Part shown: positions 53,986 through 64,000 of the stretch, in pieces
Numbering within the stretch: the stretch's first letter is position 1
How the letters are laid out: every line of letters starts with the position of its first letter
NCBI GenBank assembly: GCA_000708835.1
Contig: DF237055.1
Coordinates: 1 to 64,000, forward strand
Direction of reading: 5' to 3'
Length of the DNA stretch: 64,000 nt
From: Klebsormidium nitens
Lineage: Eukaryota > Plantae > Klebsormidiophyceae
Made by a program: the position numbers and the translations under genes
Notes under the pieces: model-generated
What the model saw: the letters and a program-made list of their open reading frames with translations, nothing else
What the model was told of the DNA's origin: nothing
Database searches by the model: none

Positions 53986-54974
53986 TGCTTCGAGATCTGG
54001 CTGTGTTGGTTCATGAATACTACCAGTGCGGCTTTATACATTCTTGAATGGTGCAACCAGGTAAATGACGGGGCAATGTGTCAATATCGGACGTTCTGTC
54101 GCCATTGACGTATATTCCGAGTCTACTCTATGTACTTCTGTGCAATACCAAAACCAAAAGAAGCAAACTTTTGAAATTGACGAGTATTGACGCAATCTGG
54201 ACAAAAAGCTCATGTCGATTCTGGTAACGACCGAATCAAATTCCGCTCACTGGCCGGCCGCCCTCTGCCGCCCCGCGCTCTCAGTCTACCCCGGGCCGGG
54301 CTAGCTTGCATAAGTTGGCAGGCACGTACTGCACTATCTTCAGAGCTGACGGTAAACCGCGTATAGTACAGTACTATAGCCTAGCTACTCATCTTTTGTA
54401 TAGATTGCTACGTCCATAAAAGGCGTGCTATAGCTGCCGGACGGCCCATAGCCGCGGACTGTAGGAGTATATGCAGGAATCGCGGCATCGAGTCCTAGCT
54501 TGTTGTTATCATCGATCGACAGGACTCGAGCATGCAAGAAATGCGCCATATCAACGATCAGACGAGGCCCGACTCGGATCGATGCCAATGATGCAGGGGC
54601 ACATGCGCGCAAGTGTTCAATGATTTTCAGAACTTGTTGCAGGCGTTATTGTGCAAACTTGCCGCCCCGGGACAGGGGGCCCAGGCCCGGCCCCTGCCAT
54701 GCAGCTAGGTATCATTGGCCCGCCAACGCTGCCAATGCACGTCGTGCGGCCGGTTAGTTCCGCATCAATCGTGAGCATATCGTGCCTCGGTGTTCCGCAA
54801 TAGTTTGCAAACAACAAAGTATCCAAACTACCGTGGCACTGCCAGGAGTTAGCTTGAAACCACGACATGATATTTTCGACGTCCAGGATCGGATCGTTAC
54901 TTGGAAACATATGTGCGGTAGAGTTGGGACTCCGACCCCCGCCGCGCACTTGGATCCTTCACTCAAGACTACTC

Positions 54975-57483
54975 TCACAGCCGTTCGGCAAACGTGTTCA
55001 CAGGTAACGACTTGGTGACCCTGAACGACGCCGCCGTGGTCCGAAGTTGCTCTTTCCTCCGCTCCCATTCGGCCTCTGGACACATGACGTTGATTGAATA
55101 AAGCTGGTCGTTTTGCGTTGCATACACGCTGACGTTATGTCGGTACCACTCGCTGGTACGTACCGTGTACTCTAGTGTATAGTATTTGCCCTCTGGAGTA
55201 GCGTCCGCTTTCAGCAGGTCCGCTGTTTTCCCAGATCCTTCACGGGCTATGACGTTGTCGAGAATCTTCTGTCCGGCCTCAACCGGACTGCCCAGCGATT
55301 GCAATCTGCATTTAAGACAGCACAACGTTTTATTCCAGCTACTTTTTGTGGGCTGCCGAAAGCTCGAGGCTTCGAGAGCCAATCTTGACGTGAGGATTCC
55401 GACAGGCAACTCTACCTTACATACGTATCCCTCACGTAATGTTCTGCTATGAATGCCCTCAGATCCGAGGGTCACAGCGTATGCTTCTACAACCGTTGAA
55501 AGACGACACTCGCCTTCTGGACGTGCTTCTTGATTATGCGTTTAGGCGCCAGCGAGAAGAAAAAAGCAGGAAAGGGAAACAGAGGTCAAAAGACGTCACT
55601 AATCAGCTTGCCGGTGTTCAACTGCCATGCTAAATGTGAAAAGCAAGAAGAGAAGGTGACAGAGCAATCAGCTGGAAACCGTGGACTCCAGTTCGCCTTT
55701 TGGACCCCACATAGGCTATAGCCCCCTCCTACGAACGGTTCAACTCCTCCATACATATTATCCTGAGCCGTTGATCTTTGGTGTGATAGCCAAGACCATA
55801 GTCCACAAAGGCGAAGCAGCCTCTCCAACCACCGAATATGAAACAAGACCGAGACCGAACCCTCACCTAAATCCAGGTGCGATTGGGGCGACCACAACAC
55901 TGACGTTCAGCTCTCCCGAGCCGGCCGCCGGTCCGAACGCTACAATAGGCTCCGTACGATTGCGCCCGCCGTTTCTCCGGATAGGTGGCAAGTCCAATGA
56001 ACGGCTCTGCTCGGCCCTCTCCACTGCTCGGTACAACAGGCGCTGATCGCCAAGCCACTCGGCTGGGTAGATGAACTCTGTGTTGGAAGGCAATAGACGA
56101 TTTTGAGGGGGCGTGAATGGACACTAGATATATTCACTGATCCGGCGTGGAATTCAAACCGGTCGGTTAAGATTGTGCAATCAATAAGAGGAAAGAATCG
56201 AGAAACGTTGTATGACACCACTATTGCCCAGTACACTAATTTTGGCTGCAAAAGTCAACGTTTCGAGACTTTTCTGATGAGAAGGAAAGGGTTTTAGTCC
56301 CAGGGCTTCGATTGGCAGGATTCATGTACTTGCAACAAATAGGATGCCAAGTCAGATAGAGGGACAGGAAGAATATTAAAACCTTCGGGCAAAGAAGCGG
56401 GGACTTAATGACGTCCTTGAATTCCAACACCAACAGTTTCATGCTTAACACGGCAAGCACTGGTGCCCTGCCACAGAAACGAAAAGAGGACTATCGTATT
56501 GGATCAATTTGAAAGAAGTAAACTTCAGTTGCCCTAACACGATCTCTGGTCTACCTCCCCAGCTTTTCTGGTGAGGTAGAGCTGCCAATTAACTTCCAAG
56601 GAAGGACTACTAGTTCTGCAAACGTTTAGCTCTGATACGTCTCTCACAGGGCGCATCGCAGTCCCAAACGGATACTACATAAGAGTAGTCTTGTGCTTGG
56701 ACCAGCAGGGTGCTCCATGGGCATTGTGAGCGGCTGAAGTCCAAAGACCACCTCAGCTTGCCCAAAAGAGACTCTGCAACCTTATCATCAGCACCAGAGA
56801 ACCAGCACAGCATCTGTAAGGAAGAATGAAGCATCAACTTGGCTCAGCGCCGCATGTTACTCACCAAAGCCCTGTCCAGATTCTATGCAACGCTTGAACC
56901 CTTTCACCGGGAAAAGGGTGTCCAATTTCAACTGCCGGGAGGCCTCAGGATTGAGACCCAAAAGTCCACTGGTCACACCACCCAGATTTCCCCCCAGCGT
57001 CACCGCCAAACCTGTTACGCCACTGTAAAATAATCGCCTCCGAGAAGGCAAGTTCCCGCCCCACATTATGAACTCAGTTAGTGATGTCGGACGAGCGTTT
57101 GCCTGACTCGAGCTCTCCTGACTAGGTCTCTCTGAGGTTTCAACGGGCCGCCCAGACACGCTCGCCGCTTCTGCATCGTTGCTCACATCGTTTTCCGAGT
57201 TGCTAGCTCTGACACAAGCTGGTTTTGATTGGCTTTCATTTTTTTGGACTGCAGTCCGCCTTTCCTTTCGTCGCAAAGGACATCTGAAACGCTCCCGCTG
57301 CCCTGATGCTGCGCGTGCCGTCACCTGTTCGCAGCCATACGCTTCACGCAACTGCGCGCACATTCTTCTTGGAAGTGCTCCATTGGTGGTGCGCGGGAAC
57401 TTGTCTGTTCTCCACTCTGATGCCGGCACCACCCAGGAGGCCGGCCCCAAACGGCTGGCAAAGCAGCAGAGGGCACAAGCCAT
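54975..57483 (-). CDS. PPD2: PsbP domain-containing thylakoid lumen protein, PPD2-like, 3 exons, about 386 aa
   Basis: Exons (minus) 57483-56865, 56077-55867 and 55305-54975. Transit peptide, then a twin-arginine-like SRRRLF plus hydrophobic segment. Motifs LKLDTLFPVKGFKRC, EFIYPAEWLGDQRLLYR, EPIVAFGP.G.GELNVSVVVAP, YYTLEY and RHNVSV match recalled plant PPD2. Confidence 0.88.
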
Positions 57484-57896
57484 GGCTGCAGGCACTGGCG
57501 CCTGCTCTCAGCTTTTAATTTTAGCCTCCTTCTTTTAGGCTTCTAGCCTGACTGTACAGGTCTGCATGTGCGCGCCGCTACCGCGCGCGAGACACCCGCG
57601 CGGCGCCGTCGCCCGCGCCTGGGGGACCCCTCCCGTTTCTGCTCTCCAGTCTGACTCTCAGATCCAAATTCAATGATTCACAATGGAGAAATCTGCAGAA
57701 GCTGAAAGCGCTCCTAAGAATGCGAGAATGCAGTTGTGAATGCTGTTCAGAAAGCGTCTCTGAGCAGGATCTCCCACTGTTCTTTTCTGATTTGACGCTT
57801 TATTGAATTGATTGCCAGCGGCGCCGTTTGGGGCTAAAAGAAGCATCCGGTGGGGACCTTGACCCATCTTTCCGGGCAAAAAAGACTTGGGAGGAA

Positions 57897-58970
57897 ATGG
57901 AAGAAACGGAAGCATGCTGGGAAGGCCTAGAACGCTTCATGGAGTGGGCGATGGTTCACCCTGACCTCGTCGCTGTTTTTGGCAAGGGCGGCTTGAGAAG
58001 GATCGTGGCAGCTCGCCTACATTCTTCAAGCGAGCCGATCGTTCACGAATTCGCAGAACACTGCAGGAGCACTCTAAAGGCAAAGCTCGTTGAGGAGCGC
58101 TCGCTTGCTTGGCAGCAGTCATGGACCTTGCCCAACATTCCGAGGAGTGAGGAAGAAGAGCAGACCTGGGTACAGTCTGCTCCAAATTGTATGCCCGTGC
58201 TACGAGCTGAATTCAACATTAGAATATTTGAATGGCTGTACGGAGAGAGTCTGCCCAAGTTTGCTTTTGACTTTGAGAGCGATGAGTACGAAGAACGGGA
58301 CTGGTTCACAATGCAATCTCCTGCAAGGCTTCTAGCCGAGTTGGAAGTTCTTGCAAAGATCATCCGCAAGCCAGCGCAATGGATATTTGAAAATACTCTC
58401 GATGAGATCTCTGTCAGGGATGGGCAGGGCCCGGGGTTTGCCACGGTACATTTGCTTGGGCTATATGCACCAGGACACCAACTGGTTGGTAATCACAATG
58501 AAGTTCTGAGCTCAATGCAAGAAGCGGGCTTGGGACCTGCGGACCTCATGCCGCTCAGGGAAACAGTACTAGCGGACCTTCAACTCGTTTCGGAGATTGT
58601 GGTGGAGAAAGACTTGCGGTATGCTAACCAGTTTGACATGTTTCCGGGGTTGGAACAAGTGGCAGGCTATCAGTTTGGCCTTCGGAGGCACGAAGGTAAG
58701 CGTACATTACAAGCGTTGCTCAACAAGCTACGGTTTGAGAGGCTGAGCGGGATGAAATTGGATTGCGATCTTGGATTCACCTGCAGAACCAGCGATGGAG
58801 AGGAGTTGGAGGAATCATGTGAGCAGGTTCTTGAGGAAGCGATCACTGCCATTGATGCCGATCGATCCACATGCCGCAAAGATTGTGATCGTTCTCGATA
58901 TCGCATTGAGTTCAGTAGGGTTGGCAACAATGAAATTATGTACATTGACCTCTGGGGCCCGGAGTGGTAA
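57897..58970 (+). CDS. Intronless hypothetical protein, 357 aa, no recognisable family
   Basis: Uninterrupted 1074-nt ORF from ATG 57897 with globular, acidic protein-like composition. It lies head-to-head with PPD2 (413 bp) and is not antisense to any other gene. Confidence 0.65.
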   Translation: MEETEACWEGLERFMEWAMVHPDLVAVFGKGGLRRIVAARLHSSSEPIVHEFAEHCRSTLKAKLVEERSLAWQQSWTLPNIPRSEEEEQTWVQSAPNCMPVLRAEFNIRIFEWLYGESLPKFAFDFESDEYEERDWFTMQSPARLLAELEVLAKIIRKPAQWIFENTLDEISVRDGQGPGFATVHLLGLYAPGHQLVGNHNEVLSSMQEAGLGPADLMPLRETVLADLQLVSEIVVEKDLRYANQFDMFPGLEQVAGYQFGLRRHEGKRTLQALLNKLRFERLSGMKLDCDLGFTCRTSDGEELEESCEQVLEEAITAIDADRSTCRKDCDRSRYRIEFSRVGNNEIMYIDLWGPEW

Positions 58971-60146
58971 ATTGCAGGTTCTATACCTTTTGCTCTAGAT
59001 CAGCATTTGTAGCTTTCTTAAAAATCAACGCTGGACAAGGGGAAAACCGTGCGTCACATAGCTAAAGTGACACGGGAGTGACGCTATGTGTGCCCTTGAA
59101 GCTTATTTATCCAAGGATTTCTCTGTAGCTTGATCTCTGATCTCTACTTCTAGCATATTGCTGCTCACCTCATCAAGTACGTCCCAGGAATGATCAAATT
59201 TGGCCTTGCAGAGGTCTGGCCTCCAAAATTGTGGTGATGTTTGCAGTCGCGGCAACGTGCGTAAAGTGGCCAAATCGCCCATGAAAGTATCATAGGGCTC
59301 CCCCATTCCAGATGATTCCACCATGCTGGCTTTTGGCAAATGTTTTCGAAGTCCTTTTAAATAACAACAAAGCATAAGTATAGCTAGCTTGCCAATACAT
59401 ATTGCATGCCAGTGGGCGGCCGTCATGCATGCTGTCGACCTCTGGCATGTCCGACACATGCATGCCACACACTTGATGGAATTCAAGTCCCGACCGTCAC
59501 GATCATAAAATAAGCTTCATCAATGTAAATGGTGATATAGAAAACGTAAATTCGCGCTATAGTGATACAACTATTTCCACGCAGTGAATTCCAGTAATGC
59601 TATGAATGATGATCGTTCCGCCCGGATCTAATTTTTAATAAGATCAAAGTACATGCTAGCTCTGGCGCCGATTGCTAGACCGCACATGCTGCAATAATAG
59701 CTTGCGTGCAGACGCCGTACTTGCTCGCGTGCCAGTCGACCATGCAGTATTACATACGTCTGCATCATTGCAACTTTATTCACAGAACATCCAATGATCC
59801 TGCAAGAAACCTACTTCAGCACGCACTTTACGGACTAAGCCGGCGCGCGTGATAATCTGCTTTAGTACGGTTTGAACCACATTGTACCAAACTGTAGTGG
59901 ACATCTTTGCACTTCAGACATCACCCACAGCAATCGAGCGCCAATTGTTGTGTTTTGTGTTTCCTCAGATTCTGATTTGGATCTGCTCATAATAATATGA
60001 TAATATGTCATGTACATGCGCAGACCTTGCATTCCACCATGGGCTTTCGAGCTCACACTGAGATCACAATTGTAGAGCCACTGGACCGAGTTAGACACAA
60101 CTCTCAAGCTGGCTCAAACAGCTTCTTGAGACGAAAGCCAATCTCT

Positions 60147-61661
60147 TCACTGCCCAAGCTCGTCCGCCGCAGCTCGGAGCCGCGCGCTCCATTCTTCAAA
60201 TCTAAATGACCATTGCGCGCGCTTGGCCGCATGCACAAAATTTGCCACCTCTCGATGCACGTCCCCCAGTCCGAGAACTTCGTCCTCGTCCTTTACCCAA
60301 GTGTCGAACGTCCGGAGAACTTCTGGAACGTCCTCTGCGGACGCCCACGGAAGCGCCTGCGAAACGATCCGCATACATTGAGCACGCCATCTGGGCGACG
60401 TGTTGGACTTAGTAGCAGCTAAAGCGTCGCTGGAAATTGCATTCCCCGGAATACTTATCAAGTCTCGGCCGTCAGATTAAGCAATCACGAGACTTCAAGC
60501 ATTCAAAGGCTCCACCAAAGCGAGAGAGCTCGCCAACACAAGGACCGCGCAGAGTACGGCAATGAGCAGATTTTTAGCCAACAATTATGAAGCAAGATGG
60601 ATGCGAGTGAAAACCGCGCGTGCGGGAACGCGACGCTCGCCTGCCATCCCCCGTGCACGACAGCGAGAACGAAGCAGAGCGAAAGCGATCCGTCATTTGG
60701 GTTGAGCATGTTCCCGCGCAGCGTGTGCGGCTGAAAGATTGGATCGTGCACGATGGAAGTCCACGTCATAAGGACCTTCCACTGCTCAGTTGCGTTGGGA
60801 ACGGAGGCCAGGTCGAAGTCACACAGAGTGAAGCTTTCGGGGGGGTATTGCTGAGCGGGCTCTGGGGGGGTGCTTGTGACAGCGGGGCTTTGCTGGGGAT
60901 CATCGGAAGCGCTCCGGCTTCCGGGGAGCACTGCGGCATGAGCGGCGCCCTGTGTATCGAAAAGGGGGGTCGCGGGACCACCAGAAATGACCCCCTGCCG
61001 AGCGAGAATGTTGGAGGGCCGGATATCGCGGTGGAACATCATCAGGCAGTCGTGCAAGTGGAGCTGCGCCAGAATGTCCGCTCCCAACCGGCACACTGCC
61101 GGGGGGGGTAAGCGTCTCACCACTCTGCGCACTTCGAGGGGCCCCCCCTTAAAAGTTTCCACCGCTGCCTGCGCTTTTAGTCCCCCCCAGCTCCCCCCCG
61201 GCGAAGTTGTTCTCGACCCAACCCTTTCAGAGGATCCGAGGGTGACCTAAGCGGCCATCTAACTTTTCGAGCGCCTCAATATGTGTGTTGACGAACTTGC
61301 TCCGGGGAGACTTGCCCCAGACGCCATGCCGCAGAATCCTCCGACCAGAACCGGAACCGGAAGCGGGATCCGGAGCCCCAGCTTCTTCTTCCACCGTCTA
61401 GACGACGGACTTACGGCTGCGGCCAAGTGGACTGCCAACGATCCGAAAGCGCCGTTCCGGTTTTCCGTCGTCCTTGATTGTAACAACGGCGCCGGACGGA
61501 AACGCTTCGACTGGTGTTTCTTCGGTGTCCGAGTACGAGCCAAAGGGATCTTTCGCAGTTTCTTGGGGTGGTTGTGACGACGGGTTCCCAGGTGCTGCTG
61601 CAAGGTGCACCAGACGAGATGGTTGAGAGACTCGGTTATTCCAAAAAAGTAACTCCTTCAC
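60147..61661 (-). pseudogene. Disrupted protein kinase gene (HRDIRPSNIL / DFD type)
   Basis: Minus strand, in order: Gly-loop-like LGRSRKSVV* (TAG at 61400-61398); TGA at 61229-61227; a frameshift at the poly-G runs near 61182-61200; HRDIRPSNIL; a roughly 50-aa insert; CDFDLA; alphaF-like NDGSLSLCFVL; a putative intron 60640-60357 (GC donor CAG|GCGAGC, acceptor TTCGCAG); then ALPWAS...ELGQ* (stop 60149-60147). Confidence 0.65.
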
Positions 61662-62509
61662 TAATTGGTGTCCACCAAGAACCTACGATCTTCCTGATGA
61701 AGCAAAGGTACGTCAAGTTGAAGGTCACCGACAAGCTCCGACATTTCCAAAGATAACGCATTTTCAGGGCAGCCTTCACGAGTTCACTGCCGTACTCCAG
61801 AAAGAGTGGTCGCTTCGCAGGATAGGTTCCACAAGAACATTTTCTCAAGTACCTAAACAGACGTTTGTGCCACAGAGGTATAAATGACCCAAGTACGCTT
61901 CGTTTCAAGTCCAAGCAAGCTCAAAACGACGTTTGTTCCAGAAGCAAAAAAGACTGAAGCACGCTTCGTGTTTCGAGTCCAGGCAGCTCAAATAAGTCAA
62001 CACGTCAGCCCTTGCACAGTCTACACCGCAGCACAACGGAATAAACCCCGGGCCCAGTCAGATCAGCAGTCTTGTTTCAAAGATCAAACTTTCTTCCGTA
62101 GAGACGGCTGAAGTCACAAGAAGTGTTGGAGTCAATTGACCGAGTCAGCGAAATTGTTTTCCTTGTCAAGGCGTATTTTACTGTAGGGTAAACAAGATAC
62201 GTTGAGATGACCGTTGTTTACTTGAACAAGCTATCTGCTCTCCTAGAAACAAAATTGAGCCGCAGATGCTCAAAGAGCGCTTAATCACCCTTTGAGCAGA
62301 GAAAGCAGACTAGCAGATTGCGAGCAGCTTCCGAGTTCAAGTTGCCAGTCTATGATCTTGTGGTCCAAAACTCCTGAATGTCAGGCTACGAACCCATGCT
62401 TTGCACAAAGTCTTGAAAGGCTTGAACAGAAGGTAAAAGCAGTTTTGCGATGCACTTATAGATTCATGCGCATACGAAATTGTTTCCTGAAGAACAAAGC
62501 TGAGAAACT

Positions 62510-62896
62510 TCACTTGCATCTTTTGATGAATGCTCGTGACGTGAGCTTTTCGAGCTTACCCGTATGCTCTTGCTCGGCTTCAAGTTGTCCACACTTTCTG
62601 CAATCGTCAAGTGGCAGCTCGGACTCCCGTCCTACTTGCTGACACTCACAGTTGCCCTTCTGACCATGTTCACCAGAGTCCTTATCCGCAGCACCATCTT
62701 GTGAGGTCGGGACACGGTTTGACTTAGCGTCCGGACAAGGACCCCTCTTCTCATGACCACTTTCTGAACATACACGTCCCTCAGCGCCTTCCTTTATTCC
62801 TCTCACAGAACTTTCGCCTTTCGACCGCTTCTCTAGTGCTGTCTGCGCTGGGTTGGAACCCTCCGCAGGTCGCTTCTGTCCACTTTCGGCCGCCAT
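62510..62896 (-). other. Low-complexity ORF (MAAESGQKRPAEG...), possibly the 5' part of the kinase pseudogene
   Basis: ATG at 62896 next to a GC-rich promoter-like block, on the same strand as the kinase remnant. I could not build a splice path connecting the two. Confidence 0.25.
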
Positions 62897-64000
62897 TGTT
62901 CCTAACGCCGACTTCTCGATTTGAAGGATCATACTGATGCAGCCGCGGCCTCGCGGCCGGATCCGATCGCGTGCCAGGCCGCTCGCGGCCGCGCGGAGTC
63001 AGAGGTTTCAAGTTTCAATACACTTCCGAAGCTTTCAGGTTTACAGCAAGCGCGGCCGCGCGGTCATGGCGCCGCTTCTGAGGATGCAACTGAGGTGGCT
63101 AGCTAAGCGTGTATTAGAAGAAGTGACCATGCAAAACCCGCGGGGCAGAGTTTGATCACCACAGCTAATTCGATGCTTCAACTAATCGCTCTGGCATTGA
63201 TATGTCGGTTCAGTTTGATTGCGCTCGCCCCCGCGACGTACGCCCCTCATCAATACTAGCCTAATGGTCACTATACGGAGCTGACGTTATGAATTCAGCA
63301 CGACGGCCAGCCCCAATTCGATAGCTATATAAGAATCGTCTTTGAAAGCGGCATTTTTCGATTGCCGTATATAACTCTTGGCTTTTGAGTCCTCGGAGCC
63401 ACTCAAATTCCCATTTTCTTCACAATTCTGGCACATTTCGATCCTCCTCCGATCATCACTGAGTTGCTCGGGCTGGCCCAACGTAGTTTGTAACCAAGCT
63501 GCTTTCAATCTGCTACTTGACTATAAGCCTACATACGATCGAGAGGAGGACCGCTTGCGATTCCCGCGAATGCTAAGTAAGCAGTGACTGCATGAGCTGA
63601 TATTGTTCAATATGAATAATACTTCAACTAAAAGGTTCGGTAATGACAGCACAGTGACACTGCGCCGGCCGCCCGACTCACTTAAATGCACGCTGCCATA
63701 TGCAGCTAGCGCAGATCATCAAATGATTCCTTGCCGCAACTCACCTATAGGTAATCCAGTGAGCAGCCTGCCAGCGCGGCGCGCCGCAATCATCCTAACA
63801 TGATCGAAACGTACCGCGCGCGAAGTTGACTGCAGATTAGAGCTAGAGGGGCGCGCTAACTTAATTCTGTATGTATGCAGTCCAACCAGCACATTGCCCA
63901 CTGAACTTTCCGTGCACCATGCAAACTTGTACTCAGGCTCAGGCGGGGACGCGCAATTTCAAATTTGCCCACGCAAAGTCTCATTCAGAAGACAAGTACG

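Noticed and set aside
59103-59486. 127-aa minus-strand ORF downstream of the kinase pseudogene
   Set aside because: The C-terminal half looks protein-like, but I could assign no family, splice link or start context.
61990-62165. Minus-strand frame with many TGA stops as a CGA-to-TGA methylation-decay signature
   Set aside because: Without a homologue the original coding frame cannot be shown; the excess of stops alone is not evidence.

Overview
Eukaryotic, intron-rich genomic DNA, most likely a streptophyte (charophyte) green alga such as Klebsormidium. This is an inference from the mix of a flagellar gene, a plant-type LRR receptor kinase, plastid proteins and TTTTAGGG-type repeats. I assembled spliced models by hand, and all exon phases join in frame. 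In order: CFAP57/WDR65 (+, 20 exons), a divergent intronless H2B(-)/H2A(+) pair, an LRR receptor-like kinase with an atypical kinase domain (+), an uncharacterised plastid-targeted protein (-), proteasome ATPase RPT2 (+), organellar valyl-tRNA synthetase (+, 17 exons), PsbP-domain protein PPD2 (-), an intronless orphan ORF (+) and a disrupted protein-kinase pseudogene (-). Three observations stand out. (1) Both histone genes carry an identical 25-nt 3' element with a 6-bp-stem/4-nt-loop hairpin, like the replication-dependent histone stem-loop of animals and volvocine algae, which land plants lack. (2) Introns of CFAP57 and ValRS repeatedly contain decayed, roughly 100-170 bp spaced duplicates of the adjacent splice junction plus exon edge, up to five decoy 3' splice sites in one intron. 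(3) The first CFAP57 intron has U12-type signals. No rRNA, tRNA or CRISPR features were supported. Family assignments come from recalled motifs, not database searches.
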